Below are positions 11,564 through 22,600 of a stretch of DNA of 64,000 nt, one piece after another. Position 1 is the first letter of the stretch. The number at the start of each line of letters is the position of its first letter. The translations under genes and the position numbers were made by a program. Source of the DNA: an uncultured Chloroflexia bacterium (GTDB lineage: Bacteria; Chloroflexota; Limnocylindria; Limnocylindrales; CSP1-4); the NCBI GenBank assembly GCA_963810065.1, contig CAWELX010000001.1, positions 41,750 to 105,749 of the forward strand, given 5' to 3'. Below the pieces are notes generated by a model that was not told where the DNA came from, made no database searches, and saw only the letters and a list, made by a program, of their open reading frames with translations.

Positions 11564-12328
11564 TTACGCGGGATGCACCCCGGGCGCCAGCGCCTCGCGT
11601 TCGGCCTCCCAGGCCGCGAGGAGCTCGTCGCCCTCCGTCGCCGCTCCGGCGGCGCACCGGCCGGAAGCCAGCGGCACGAGGTCGAGCCCAAGCTGCTCGA
11701 CGCCCTCGATGGCCCTGCGCGTCGTGATGAAGGAGCGCCGGTGGAATGCCGTGACGCCCAGCTCGGCCATGGCGGCACGGTGCTCGGCGGTCGCATATCC
11801 CGCGTTCCGCTCCCAGCCGTAGCCGGGATGGCGGGCCGCCAGGCGGGCCATCAGGCGATCACGAACCACCTTCGCCACGATGGAGGCACAGGCGATCGAG
11901 TAGACGAGCGCGTCGCCGTTGACGATGGCGTCGTAGGGGCCAACGTCGTCCTCGAAGCCCGCGATGGCGAGCCCGTCGACGAGGACGTGGTCGTGCCCAC
12001 CGAGACGAGCCAGCGCCCGGCGCATCGCCAGGTGGGTGGCGTGGTAGATGTTGAGGCGGTCGATCTCCGCAACGGACGCGGCGCCGACCCCGACGGCGAT
12101 CACGCGCCGCCGGATCTCCGGATCCAGCGCCTCGCGCTGTGCGGCCGACAGCGTCTTGGAGTCGCGTACGCCGCGAATGGGCCGCCCGTTGGGGCGGACG
12201 ATCACCGCGGCCGCCACGACCGGGCCGCAGGCGGGCGCCACGCCGACCTCGTCGACGCCGGCGACGCGGGCCACCCCGGCTCGCCAGAGAGCGCGCTCGC
12301 GACGGAGGGTCGGGGCGGTCGGGGCCAT
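11564..12328 (-). CDS. rnhB: Ribonuclease HII
   Basis: GVDEVG, DSKTL, LVDG, GD....IACASIVAKVVRD; follows rplS. Confidence 0.95.
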   Translation of the reverse strand: MAPTAPTLRRERALWRAGVARVAGVDEVGVAPACGPVVAAAVIVRPNGRPIRGVRDSKTLSAAQREALDPEIRRRVIAVGVGAASVAEIDRLNIYHATHLAMRRALARLGGHDHVLVDGLAIAGFEDDVGPYDAIVNGDALVYSIACASIVAKVVRDRLMARLAARHPGYGWERNAGYATAEHRAAMAELGVTAFHRRSFITTRRAIEGVEQLGLDLVPLASGRCAAGAATEGDELLAAWEAEREALAPGVHPA

Positions 12329-12405
12329 CGTCGCCAAGGGTACCGGGAATCGCGACGGCCCCGTCCGATGACAGGGCCGTGGCCGATGGCGGTGTGCGGC
12401 GGCGG

Positions 12406-12753
12406 CTACCTGACGCGGCGCTCGCGCAGCGTCGCGGCCTTGCCGACCCGCTTGCGCAGGAAGTACAGCTTCGCCCGGCGCGCCACGCCGTGGCGCACGA
12501 CCTCGATCTTCTCGATGCGCGGGCTGTTGATCTTGTAGGTGCGCTCGACGCCGACGCCGGACGCCAGGCGTCGGACCGTCACGGAGCGCGTGATCCCACC
12601 GCCCGTAAGGCGGAGGACCGTCCCTTCGAAGACCTGGATCCGCTCCCGGTTGCCCTCGACCACCTTGGCGGCCACCTTCACGGTGTCGCCCGGCGCAAGC
12701 TCCGGGATGTCGCTGCGAAGCTGATCCTTGACGATCTCGTCGAGCACGTTCAC
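12406..12753 (-). CDS. rplS: 50S ribosomal protein L19
   Basis: [30 protein letters not shown]; TG-n-TATACT promoter at 12847-12855. Confidence 0.98.
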   Translation of the reverse strand: MNVLDEIVKDQLRSDIPELAPGDTVKVAAKVVEGNRERIQVFEGTVLRLTGGGITRSVTVRRLASGVGVERTYKINSPRIEKIEVVRHGVARRAKLYFLRKRVGKAATLRERRVR

Positions 12754-12890
12754 GGGGTCCCCTGCGTTCTGTGGGAGCGGCCCGGTGGTTCCGTGTGCCG
12801 CGTCGAGGGCGTACTGAAGCGATCGCGGGAGCGCGACCGAGGGCGGAGTATAGCACGCCACCCGCGGCCGTCAGTCCGGGTCACTCCGGG

Positions 12891-13673
12891 TCAGTCCGCG
12901 TCGGGAGGCTCGCCCTGCGGCAAGGGCGACGGCGGTTCGGGCGCGGGGTCGGCGTCGGCGCGGACCTCTCCCAGGAGGCGCTCCTCCTCGGCCGTCCACG
13001 CGCGCAGCGCCAGCAGGTCGGGCCGGCGCTGGAGCGTCCGCCGGATCGACTCGCGGAGACGCCATCGGCGCACCGCCCCGTGATCCCCCGAAACGAGCAC
13101 GTCCGGCACGCCCTGCTCCTCGAACCGCGGCGGGCGCGTGTACTGCGGGTACTCCAGGAGCCCGCGAGCGAAGGATTCATCCTCCAGTGACGCGGCCTCG
13201 ATGGCACCCGGCAGGAGGCGCAGCACGGCGTCGACCACGACGAGCGCAGCCAGCTCGCCACCCGTCAGCACGTAGTCGCCGATCGACAGCTCGAGATCGA
13301 CGAGCCCTCGGATGCGCTCGTCCACGCCCTCGTAGCGCGGGCAGAGCAGGACGAGATGCGTCCGCGCTGCGAGGTCCTCCGCCCGCGCCTGTCGAAACGG
13401 TTCGCCGGCGGGGTCCAGCAGGATCACGGTGGAGTCGGGGCGGCGCAGGGCGGCCAGCGCCCCCGCCACGGGCTCCGGTCGGAGGACCATCCCCGCCCCA
13501 CCCCCGTACGGCGCGTCGTCGACGCTGCGATGGCGTCCGAGGCCCCACGTCCGCAGGTCGTGGACACGGACGGTCGCGAGGCCCTGTTCCAGGATCCGCC
13601 CGGGAATGCTCGCCGCGAGGGGCGCCCCGACCATCTCCGGGAAGAGCGTGACAAGGTCGATCTCGAGCGCCAC
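12891..13673 (-). CDS. trmD: tRNA (guanine37-N1)-methyltransferase
   Basis: TLFPE, DDAPYGGGAGM, RYEGVDER, SIGDYVLTGGE, LEYPQYTRP. Confidence 0.97.
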   Translation of the reverse strand: MALEIDLVTLFPEMVGAPLAASIPGRILEQGLATVRVHDLRTWGLGRHRSVDDAPYGGGAGMVLRPEPVAGALAALRRPDSTVILLDPAGEPFRQARAEDLAARTHLVLLCPRYEGVDERIRGLVDLELSIGDYVLTGGELAALVVVDAVLRLLPGAIEAASLEDESFARGLLEYPQYTRPPRFEEQGVPDVLVSGDHGAVRRWRLRESIRRTLQRRPDLLALRAWTAEEERLLGEVRADADPAPEPPSPLPQGEPPDAD

Positions 13674-13676
13674 GGT

Positions 13677-14468
13677 TCAGTGTTGAGGCGGGAGCGTGTG
13701 GCCGTCGGGCGAGGGCTTGTCGGGGGGTTGCGGCCCGTCGGACCGCGGGCCCGCATCGTCCCGCGGAAGCCCTGCCGCGGGCGGGAGCTCGCCTGACGCG
13801 GCACCCGGCTCGGCGTCGGGCACCATCGGGGTCGCCTCGCCCGTCGGAGTCCGCGGCGTCATCGGCACGGCCGGCCGCCGGCGCGTCGCACGGCGGGGGC
13901 GCGGCGGACGGGGCGGACGCGGCGGTCGGATCTCGTCGAGGGCCGGCAGGTCCAGTGCCTCCGGGTCCGCGACGATCTCTCCCCGGCGCGGCGCGAAGAC
14001 GCGGATGAAGGGGCGGGCGATCGGAAGGTCGAAGTCGCCGCGCGGACCGCCCGCCACGTCGAGAACGTCACCGCCGCCGGCACGGTAGACGTCCCGCACG
14101 GTGCCCAGGTCCGCGCCCTCGAGGTCGCGCACCGTGACGCCGAGCATCTCGTGCCAGAAGTAGGACCCCCGCGGCAGGGCGTCGCCCGGCCCGGCCTCGA
14201 CCTCCAGGTAGGCGAGCCGGAAGGCCTCCGCGGCCTCGCGCGTCGGGACCTCGCGGAACCGGAGCACCCAGCCGGGGTTCGCCGGGCGCGCCTCGATGAT
14301 CGAGAGCGGAGCCGCCGTTCCCTCCGGGAAGAGCCGCGCGCCCACGACGAAGCGTTCCGCGGGACGGTCGGTCAGGACCTCCACCCGCATCGCGCCGTGG
14401 ATGCCGTGGAGGCCCCGGACCTGCGCGACGACCAGCCGGCCGTCCGGGGCGTCCTCGGGTTCGATCAG
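13677..14468 (-). CDS. rimM: Ribosome maturation factor RimM with Pro/Arg-rich tail (start uncertain)
   Basis: LVVAQVRGLHGIHGAMRV N-terminal motif upstream of first ATG (14390); PRC barrel; between khpA and trmD. Confidence 0.9.
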   Translation of the reverse strand: MIEPEDAPDGRLVVAQVRGLHGIHGAMRVEVLTDRPAERFVVGARLFPEGTAAPLSIIEARPANPGWVLRFREVPTREAAEAFRLAYLEVEAGPGDALPRGSYFWHEMLGVTVRDLEGADLGTVRDVYRAGGGDVLDVAGGPRGDFDLPIARPFIRVFAPRRGEIVADPEALDLPALDEIRPPRPPRPPRPRRATRRRPAVPMTPRTPTGEATPMVPDAEPGAASGELPPAAGLPRDDAGPRSDGPQPPDKPSPDGHTLPPQH

Positions 14469-14698
14469 ACGATCTCCAGCTGGAACTGCTCGCCGTCGCG
14501 GGCGGAGACGACCTTCAGGAGCGTGCGCAGCGCCTTGGCGACGCTGCCGTTCCGGCCGATCACCTTGCCCATATCGTCGTCGGCGACACGCAGCTCGATG
14601 ACCGTTGCGCCGGCCTCGTGGCTGACGACGACCTCGACCTGCTCGGGATGATCGACGAGCGACTTGGCGACGTACTCGACGAGCTGGGGGGCTGCCAT
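14465..14698 (-). CDS. khpA: KH-domain RNA-binding protein KhpA
   Basis: LVDHPEQV, DMGKVIGRNG. Confidence 0.95.
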   Translation of the reverse strand: MAAPQLVEYVAKSLVDHPEQVEVVVSHEAGATVIELRVADDDMGKVIGRNGSVAKALRTLLKVVSARDGEQFQLEIV

Positions 14699-14711
14699 GG
14701 TGGGCCCTTCC

Positions 14712-14966
14712 CTACTTCGCGGCCGGCAGCACGCCGGCAGACCTGAGGAGCCGCTCGACGGTCGGCGTCGGCAGGGCGCCCTTGGCGAGCCAGGCCTTCG
14801 TCTTCTCCACGTCGACCGCGAAGTCGACGGGTTCCGTCCGCGGGTTGTAGTGCCCGAGGATCTCGATCGAGCGACCGTCGCGGGGCGACCGGCTGTCGGC
14901 CACGACGACGCGGTACGCCGGCTGCTTCTTCGCGCCGACGCGGGTGAGGCGGATGCGGGCTGCCAT
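14712..14966 (-). CDS. rpsP: 30S ribosomal protein S16
   Basis: [28 protein letters not shown]. Confidence 0.98.
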   Translation of the reverse strand: MAARIRLTRVGAKKQPAYRVVVADSRSPRDGRSIEILGHYNPRTEPVDFAVDVEKTKAWLAKGALPTPTVERLLRSAGVLPAAK

Positions 14967-15025
14967 CTGGGTGCGGGAACCTCCTGTGCTGGGGCGCCGG
15001 GTGTCTGGGACCGGCCTGGCTTGGT

Positions 15026-16813
15026 CTACTTCGTGAACGTGACGACCGAGCGCGACACGGTCGTGGCGCCGGGGGCCTCCGCGACCGAGGCGAACGCCTC
15101 GAGCGGAGCGAGGAAGGGCTTGATCTCGGTCTCGTACTTCGCCTTCTCGGCGGCCGGGAGCATCGACTCGACCGCGGACCGGATGCCCGCGATGTCGACG
15201 AAGACGTCGCTGATGCCGGCCCCGCCGGCCGTCTCGATGGCGCGCTTGTAGACGTCGCTGGAGGCCAGCGACGCGTTGGCCGTGGTGTCGACGACGTGCT
15301 TGACGAAGTCGAGCGTCCCGAGGACGAAGACGCCGCGCTGGATCGTGACGCCGATCTTCGGCACCAGGGCCGCGGCCTCCGCCGGGATGTCCTGCGACGG
15401 GATCGTGATCACCAGGATCTCGCCGTCGCCGTAGGCCTCCTTCGTGGAGGTGATCCCGGCCCCGGCCCCTCCGAGCGCGAGGAGCGCCTGGACCTGGTCC
15501 AGGGTGCGACCCGCGGCCGCCTCGTCGGTGACGGTGGCCGCGAGGCCCCCGCCCAAGGTCCCGTTGCCGGCCTCGGCCGCGATGGCGGTGTCGCCGGCCC
15601 AGCCGACCAGGGCCTCGACACCGCCGGCGGCGGCCAGGGCCTGCTCGACCTGCTTGATCGCGTCGGCGGCTGCCGGCTCGCACGCCAGCACCTTCTTCAG
15701 GGCGTCGACCGCGTCCACGACGCGCGGGCCCAGGTCGCGGACCTCGATGGCGGCAACGGTGGTCGGCGGCAGGTGCGCGGCAATTGCGCTGTCCGTTCCC
15801 TTGAGATCCGACGTACCGGCGCCATCGGTCGGCGTCGTGCTCTCGAAGATCAGGGCGCTATCCCCGGCGCGCGCCGACCCTGCCGTCCAGGCCGGGATCA
15901 TCCCCGTGACCTGGTCGAGGCAGGCCTGCGGCAGCATGGCCTGGTCGCCCGCCATGGCGAGCGAGGCATCCACCAGCGCCGCGAGGTCGAGGTAGCCGAA
16001 CCCGATGTACGCGGACGGAGCACTCTTGCGGGCGGCGGCGAACGACTCGGACGCGGCGACAGGGCTCGCGCCCTTCGTGTCCAGGGCCGCCTTGACGGTC
16101 TTCTCCGGCCCCAGGATCAGCACGCCGTCGCGCACCGCGAAGGCGAGGTTGCTCTTGAGGAGCCCCGAGACGATCGTGATCTCGCCGCCTGCATACGTCT
16201 CGGTCGTCTGCTTCCCGCCGAGCTGCTTGGAGGCGAACGCCTTCGCGGCGCCCGCATCCTTGACCGCGACAAGCGCCACTGCGCCATCGTCGGGGGCCTT
16301 GCCGAGGTCGGGCCCATCCAGGCCGTTCGCACCCAGGCCCGGCATGGCCGCGACGTCGAAGACGACGGACGTGACCGCCAGGCCCACCTCGCCGCCGAGC
16401 CAGGGCTTGACGTCCGCGGTCCAGCTGACGCCGGAGCCCTCCAGCATCCGCTGCAGGGCCTCGTCGATCTTGGCGTCGAGCGACGCCTGGTCGGCGAAGC
16501 CGGGGAACTTGGCGACGATGTCGCCGACCTTGGCACGCTGGTCGCCCGGAAGATCCGCCCGGATCTCCAGGTAGGCGACGGTCCGGGCCGGCATCCAGCC
16601 CTGGACGGCAGAGGACGTGGCGCCGGCGGCCAGCATCACGGCCGCGATGGACACGACCCCGACCATCACGGCGACGGCCGCGAGGGCGATGCCCCAGCGG
16701 ACGAGGCCCTTCGGGCGCGCCGGCGGGTCGGCGGGGCTGACGGGTGCGACGTCCGGTGCGGAGGTCCCCCCGGGTGCTCCCGAGGGCCCGGAGACCGGCT
16801 CGATCTCGGCCAT
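15026..16813 (-). CDS. Membrane-anchored DUF3352-like protein
   Basis: One N-terminal TM; [23 protein letters not shown] with an internal repeat (PPTTVAAIE...WAGDTAIA); GGGAGG SD. Confidence 0.75.
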   Translation of the reverse strand: MAEIEPVSGPSGAPGGTSAPDVAPVSPADPPARPKGLVRWGIALAAVAVMVGVVSIAAVMLAAGATSSAVQGWMPARTVAYLEIRADLPGDQRAKVGDIVAKFPGFADQASLDAKIDEALQRMLEGSGVSWTADVKPWLGGEVGLAVTSVVFDVAAMPGLGANGLDGPDLGKAPDDGAVALVAVKDAGAAKAFASKQLGGKQTTETYAGGEITIVSGLLKSNLAFAVRDGVLILGPEKTVKAALDTKGASPVAASESFAAARKSAPSAYIGFGYLDLAALVDASLAMAGDQAMLPQACLDQVTGMIPAWTAGSARAGDSALIFESTTPTDGAGTSDLKGTDSAIAAHLPPTTVAAIEVRDLGPRVVDAVDALKKVLACEPAAADAIKQVEQALAAAGGVEALVGWAGDTAIAAEAGNGTLGGGLAATVTDEAAAGRTLDQVQALLALGGAGAGITSTKEAYGDGEILVITIPSQDIPAEAAALVPKIGVTIQRGVFVLGTLDFVKHVVDTTANASLASSDVYKRAIETAGGAGISDVFVDIAGIRSAVESMLPAAEKAKYETEIKPFLAPLEAFASVAEAPGATTVSRSVVTFTK

Positions 16814-16830
16814 GGTGCTACCTCCCGGCC

Positions 16831-18150
16831 TCAGCGGCCGATCATCCCGGGGATCCGACGACCCCCGCGGAGCTGCTTCATGAGCTTCTGCATGTCGTTG
16901 AACTGCTTGACCAGCCGGTTCACCTCGGCGATCGAGGTTCCCGACCCGGTCGCGATGCGCCGGCGGCGGCTGGCATTGAGGACATCCGGGTCGCGCCGCT
17001 CGCGCGGCGTCATCGAGCGGATGATCGCCTCCGTCCGCGTCAGGTCGCCCCGGTTGACGGACTCCTCGGCCTGCTTGGCCATCCCTGAGAGGCCCGGGAT
17101 CATCCCGACCAGCTGGTCGATGGGACCCATCTTCTTGACCTGCTGGAGCTGCTCCAGCATGTCCTCCAGGGTGAAGCTTCCGGTCTGGAGCTTCGCGGCG
17201 GCCTTCTCGGCCTCCTTCTGGTCGAAGGCGCCCTGGGCGCGCTCGATGAGCGTCAGCACGTCGCCCATGCCCAGGATGCGCCCGGCCAGCCGGTCCGGGT
17301 GGAACGGCTCGAGGGCATCGGTCTTCTCGCCGGTGCCCAGGAACTTGACGGGGAGCCCCGTCACCGCGCTGATGGAGAGGGCCGCGCCGCCGCGCGCATC
17401 GCCGTCGATCTTCGTCAGCACCAGGCCGGTGAGGGGCACCGCGGCCACGAAGGCCTGGGCGACGCTCACGGCCTCCTGGCCGACCATCGCGTCCACCACC
17501 AGGAGCGTCTCGATGGGCCGGACCGCGCGGGTCAGCTCCGTGATCTCGGCCATCAGGACCTCGTCGACCGAGAGCCGGCCGGCGGTGTCGAGGATGACCG
17601 TGTCGCGAACCTCGCGCCGGGCGGCCTCGATCCCCAGGCGCCCGATCTCCGGGACGGACGTCCCGGGCGGCGCCGCGAAGACCGGGATATCGAGGCTGGC
17701 CCCGAGCGTCTTCAGCTGGTCCACGGCAGCCGGCCGGTACGGGTCCGCGGCCACGAGGATGGGACGGCGGCCCAGCTTGACGACGTGGCGCGCCAGCTTG
17801 GCGGCCGAGGTCGTCTTCCCGGAGCCCTGCAGGCCGACCAGCGCCACCACGGCCGGGCTGCCCGAGAGGTGGAAGGTGCGATCACCGGCCGACAGGAGCG
17901 CCGTGAGCTCCTCGTTCACGATCTTCACGACCTGCTGGCCGGCGTTCAGCGACTCCAGGACGTCGGCGCCGATCGCGCGCTCGCGCACGCGGGCCGTGAA
18001 GTCCTTCACGACCTTGAAGTTGACGTCGGCCTCCAGGAGCGCCAGGCGGACCTCGCGCATGGCCGCGTCGACGTCGGCCTCCGTGACGCGGCCACGGCCA
18101 GTCAGGGCGCCGAGCGTCTTGCGGAGGCGATCGGAGAGGGCGTCGAACAT
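16831..18150 (-). CDS. ffh: Signal recognition particle protein
   Basis: MFDALSDRL, GLQGSGKTT, DTAGRL, RILGMGD. Confidence 0.98.
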   Translation of the reverse strand: MFDALSDRLRKTLGALTGRGRVTEADVDAAMREVRLALLEADVNFKVVKDFTARVRERAIGADVLESLNAGQQVVKIVNEELTALLSAGDRTFHLSGSPAVVALVGLQGSGKTTSAAKLARHVVKLGRRPILVAADPYRPAAVDQLKTLGASLDIPVFAAPPGTSVPEIGRLGIEAARREVRDTVILDTAGRLSVDEVLMAEITELTRAVRPIETLLVVDAMVGQEAVSVAQAFVAAVPLTGLVLTKIDGDARGGAALSISAVTGLPVKFLGTGEKTDALEPFHPDRLAGRILGMGDVLTLIERAQGAFDQKEAEKAAAKLQTGSFTLEDMLEQLQQVKKMGPIDQLVGMIPGLSGMAKQAEESVNRGDLTRTEAIIRSMTPRERRDPDVLNASRRRRIATGSGTSIAEVNRLVKQFNDMQKLMKQLRGGRRIPGMIGR

Positions 18151-18335
18151 GCCGGGGCGAGGGCTCCTGTGGACCGGGTCCGGCGGGGCGCAGCTGCGCT
18201 CCGCAGGTGGTGCGCGGGTTCTGGCGACACCGAGGCGATCGAAGTCTACCCCAAAGCGGCCCACGCGCCCCCGGACGACGGTCCCATCACGCACGTCGAT
18301 CGGCTGGTGCGACGCCGCACCGCGACCGCACGCGA

Positions 18336-19623
18336 TCAGGCGAAGAGGGCCGCCACGAAGGCATCCGGGTCGAAGACCAGCAGGTCGCCGACCTTCTCCC
18401 CTACCCCGACGAACCGGACGGGCACGCCCAGCGCGTGCTCGATGGCGAAGACGATCCCGCCCTTCGACGTGGAGTCCAGCTTGGTGAGGACGACCCCGGT
18501 CAGCCCGGTCGCCTCGTGGAACGCCTTCGCCTGCGCGAGGCCGTTCTGGCCGGTCGTGGCATCCAGGACGAAGAGCACCTCCGGGCGGGCACCGGGCAGG
18601 CGTCGGTCGATGACCCGCCGCATCTTGGCCAGCTCGTCCATGAGGTTCGCTTTCGTGTGGAGGCGCCCGGCCGTGTCCGCGATGAGGACGTCGACGTGGC
18701 GGGCGATCGCCGCGTCGAGCGCGTCATAGACGACCGCGGCGGGGTCGGCGCCCGGGGCATGCGCGACGACCGGCGCCCCGGCCCGATCCCCCCACAGCCG
18801 CAGCTGCTCGATGGCCGCGGCGCGGAACGTGTCACCCGCCGCCAGCAGCACACTGCGGCCGGCCGCCCGCTCGCGCGCCGCGATCTTGCCGATCGTCGTG
18901 GTCTTCCCCGTCCCGTTCACGCCCACGACCAGGATCACCGCCGGCTCCCCCGGGACCGCCGGCTCGAAGGCCCAGCCGCTCGTGCGCGGGGCGAGCAGGG
19001 CGGCCAGCTCGTCGCGGACCGCGGCAACCGGCCCGTCGGGGTGGCGGCGCGCCCGCGCGCGCTCGACCACCTCGACGGCAAGCGCGGCGCCGACGTCACC
19101 GGCGATCAGGGTCTCCTCGACCTCCTCCCAGGTGGCCGCGTCCGGATTGCCCAGCCCCAGGATCCCGCGAAGGCGGGCCACGAACCCGCCGCGGCTCTTC
19201 GACATGCCGGCTGCGAGGTCACCGTCGACGATCGGCTCGGCGTCCGCGGCCGGCATCCCACCGGCCTCGCTCTCCCACGGCCGAGGCGCGCCGAGCAGGT
19301 CCGGTTCGACGGCGGTGACGGCCGCCGCGGACTCGGCGGCCCCGGCTGCCGCGGACTCGGCGAACTCGGCGGCCGCGTCGGCGGCCCCGGCTGCCGCGTC
19401 GGCGGCCCCGGCTGCCGTGGATTGCGGCCCCGGCCGCCGCGTCGGCGGCCCCGGCTGCCGTGGATTCGGCGGCCCCGGCTGCCGCGTCGGCGGCCTCGAG
19501 CTCCGCCTCGAGCTGCGCTTCGATCTCGGCGTCGGAAACGGGCGCGTCCGGCGACGACGCGTTCAGCGGGTCCCCGGCCGGGACCGCGTCCTCGTCCTCC
19601 CGTGGCTTGCGTCGCCAGAACAT
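18336..19623 (-). CDS. ftsY: SRP receptor FtsY, frameshifted near 19423 (NG domain ORF 18336-19256 intact)
   Basis: GVNGTGKTTT, DTFRAAA, DTAGRL, TKLDSTSKGG; acidic N-terminus MFWRRK.. at 19623 with GGAGG SD is in a different frame. Confidence 0.92.
19321..19497. repeat. Low-complexity tandem repeat (AAAGAAD/E units) in ftsY acidic domain
   Basis: Repeated approx. 21-nt units TCGGCGGCCCCGGCTGCCGYG. Confidence 0.9.
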
Positions 19624-19659
19624 GCGTCCTCCGTATCCGGCCGGGCCGGGATCGGTCCG

Positions 19660-22600
19660 TCAGTCGACGGGCGGCGGCGCGGCCGGCCCCGCGTCCCGCG
19701 TGCCGCGCACGCGCGCCACCATCGAGCGCGCCTCCTCGATCCGGAGGCTGACCACCCGGCTGACCGCGTCCTCCCCGACCGTCACGCCGTACAGGGCGTC
19801 GGCGGCCTCGATGGTTCCCCGATTGTGCGTGATGACGACGAACTGGGTCGTCTCGGCCAGTCCGCGCAGCGCCTCGACGAACCGGCCCACGTTCGCCTCG
19901 TCGAGGGCCGCGTCCACCTCATCGAGCACGCAGAACGGGACGGGCCGCACTTCGAGCATCGCGAAGAGCAGGGCCACCGCCGTCAGAGCGCGTTCGCCGC
20001 CGGAGAGCATGGCCAGCGCCTGGGCCTTCTTGCCGGGCGGACGGGCGACGATCTCCACGCCCGTCTGGGCAAGATCGGCGGGGTCCGTCAGGCTGAGGCG
20101 CGCGAACCCACCCCCGAAGAGCTGCTGGAACCGCCGGTCGAATGCCGTCTCGAGAGCCGCGAATGTCGCCCGGAACTGGCGCGTGATGAGCGCGTCCAGC
20201 TCGGCGATGAGGCTGCGCGTCTTCTCGATGGCGCCCACGAGGTCCACCCGCTGGACCTCCAGGCCGTCGACGCGCGCCCGCAGCTGGGCGTGCTCCTCGG
20301 CTGCGAAGGGGTTCGAGGCACCCAGGTCGTGGAACCTGCGCCGCAGGGAGGCCAGCCGCCCGGGAGACGCGACTTCGCCGGGCGGTGGGCTCGCGGCCCA
20401 CCTGGCCCCGGCGGCCGCAAGCGCCCCGGCAAGCGCGGCGCCGTCGTCCTCGCCGGATGCCGGGTCCAGCCCCGGGTCGAGCACCCGCAGGCCAACGGCG
20501 CCAAGGCCCGCGAACTCCACGAGCGCCTGCTCGCGCACCGCGTCGAGCGACAGGCGCGTCTCCAGCTCGTGCACCTCCGCCGAGCGGTGCACCTCGTCGG
20601 CTCGACGAAGCCCTTCGCGGGCAGCGGCGACCTCCACCTCGCCCACCCGCAGGCGGTCGCGACCGGCGAGATCCGCCGCGCGGACGGCGGCGAGGGCCTC
20701 GCGCGCTGCGGCCTCGCGCGCTGCGGCCTCCGCGCGAGCGGCGTCGCGGGCGGTCCGCGCTGCATCAAGGTCGGCGTGGCGCTGCGCGAGCGCCTCGGAC
20801 TCGGCGTCCGCCCGCCGGATCCGCTCCTCGGCGATCTGCGCCGCACCCTCGGCCCGCGCTCGCGCGCCCTCCGCCGCCCGCCGCTCGGCATCGCGGATGG
20901 CGCGCGTGGCGGCCAGGGCCTCCCTTCGCCCGGCCAGCTCGGCCGCCCGCGCCTCCCAGGTGGCGAGCGCCCCGGCGACGCCGTCGGGGAGCGGCACGCC
21001 GGCGGCCGACATGTCCGGAGCCGCCTCGGCCTCCAGCGCGGCCAGGCGCGCCCGGAGCGGCACGCGTTCGGCCTCGAGCGAGGCGAGACGGGCCACGGCC
21101 CAGGCGTCCTCGCGCGCAACCTGCTCGGCTGCCCGGCCGGCCTGGCGCTCCTGCTCCTCGGCGCCGCGGCGGCGTCCGACGGCGTCGGCCTCGTCGCGCC
21201 GAGCGACCTCCGCGGCGCGCCGCGCGGCCGCGGCGCGTTCCTCGGCCGCGGTCCGCTGATCCGCGAGTGCGGCGACCGCGATCTCGGCCTCCGCCAGCTC
21301 CGCTTCCGCGGCTGCGAGCTCGGCGCGGCGCTCGAGCGGGACATCCGGCGCTCCGAGGGTCACGATCCCGTCGGCGCCGACGAGGCCGCCCTCGCGGGCC
21401 GCGACCCGCCAGCCCGACGGCAGCCCGGCCGCGAGGTCGACGGCGTCGCCGAGCGACGGCGCCCACGCCCAGCGGGCCATCAGGCGCCGCACCGTCCCGC
21501 CCGGGTCCGCGCGCACCGCGTCGACGAGCAGTCCGCCTCCGTGCCGGGCGGCGCGGCTCCGGGCGGCATCAAGCTCCGCGCTGCCCGGGTGCTGTGCGCC
21601 AGAGCCGCCGAGGTCGCCAAGGACGACGATGCCGCGCTGGCCGGCGAGCTGCCCGAGCGCGTCCTGTGAGACGACGAAGCTCCGACCCAGCTCGCCGAGC
21701 GCGGCCGCGACGAGGGGACGCTGGACCGGATCGATCTCGAGATCGGCGGCCAGCGCCCGCCCACCGGCCCGGCGAGCCGACGGGGCGATCCCGCGGCCTT
21801 CGTCCGCCGCTGCCCGAGCGCGCAGCGCCTCGACGCGCCCGCGGAGCGTCGCACGGCGCGAGCGGGCCGCGTCGGCGGCCTCGGCGGCGCCCTGGCGCGC
21901 AGCTTCGATCTCGACGAGGGCGACACGCGCCGCCTCGCGCCGCTCGCGGGCCGCCTCCTCCTCCATCCGGCTCGTGGCGAGTGCCGCGTGCGCCGCATCC
22001 AGGGCGGCCGCGGATGACGACGCTGCGTCACGCGCCCGCTGCAGGGCACCCGTCGCCTCACTGACGGACTCCTCCGCGCCGGCGAGACGGCGGCGCAGGC
22101 CTTCGAGCTCCCCTGCCCGTGCGGCCGCCGCTCGTCGCAGGGCGGACTCCGCCTCCGAGCGACGTGCCGAGGCGGCGCGCAGCGCGCCGGCTTCGGCGCG
22201 CGCCTCCGCGAGCAGGCGGTCCACTTCGGCGAGGTCGCCGTCGAGGACCGGGTCCTGGGTCGGGACCGGGAGGGCAAGCTCGCGGCGTCGATCGGCCAGC
22301 TCCGCGTCCGCGGCGGCCCGCTCGACGGCCAGTCGGTCACGATCGCGGGCGATCGACGCGGCCTCGGCCGTCGCCGTCGCCGCCTGGAGGTCGAGGGCGG
22401 CCAGGGCGGTCCGGGACGTCTCGTGGCGGGCCCGGCAGTCTTCCTCGACGGTCACGTGGGCGGCCAGCTCCGCGGCCGTCGCTGCGGCGCGGGTCTCGGC
22501 GGCCTGGAGCGTCTCGAGGGCGCTCGCGGCCTTCCGCCGCGCAGCGGCCAGCGCCGTCTCGGCCGCGCCGGAGTCGCGCGCGGCGGCGTGCCAGCGGGCA

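Noticed and set aside
21300-21800. Degenerate SMC hinge
   Set aside because: Hinge glycines are partly retained and the ATPase motifs are intact; cannot be judged without an alignment
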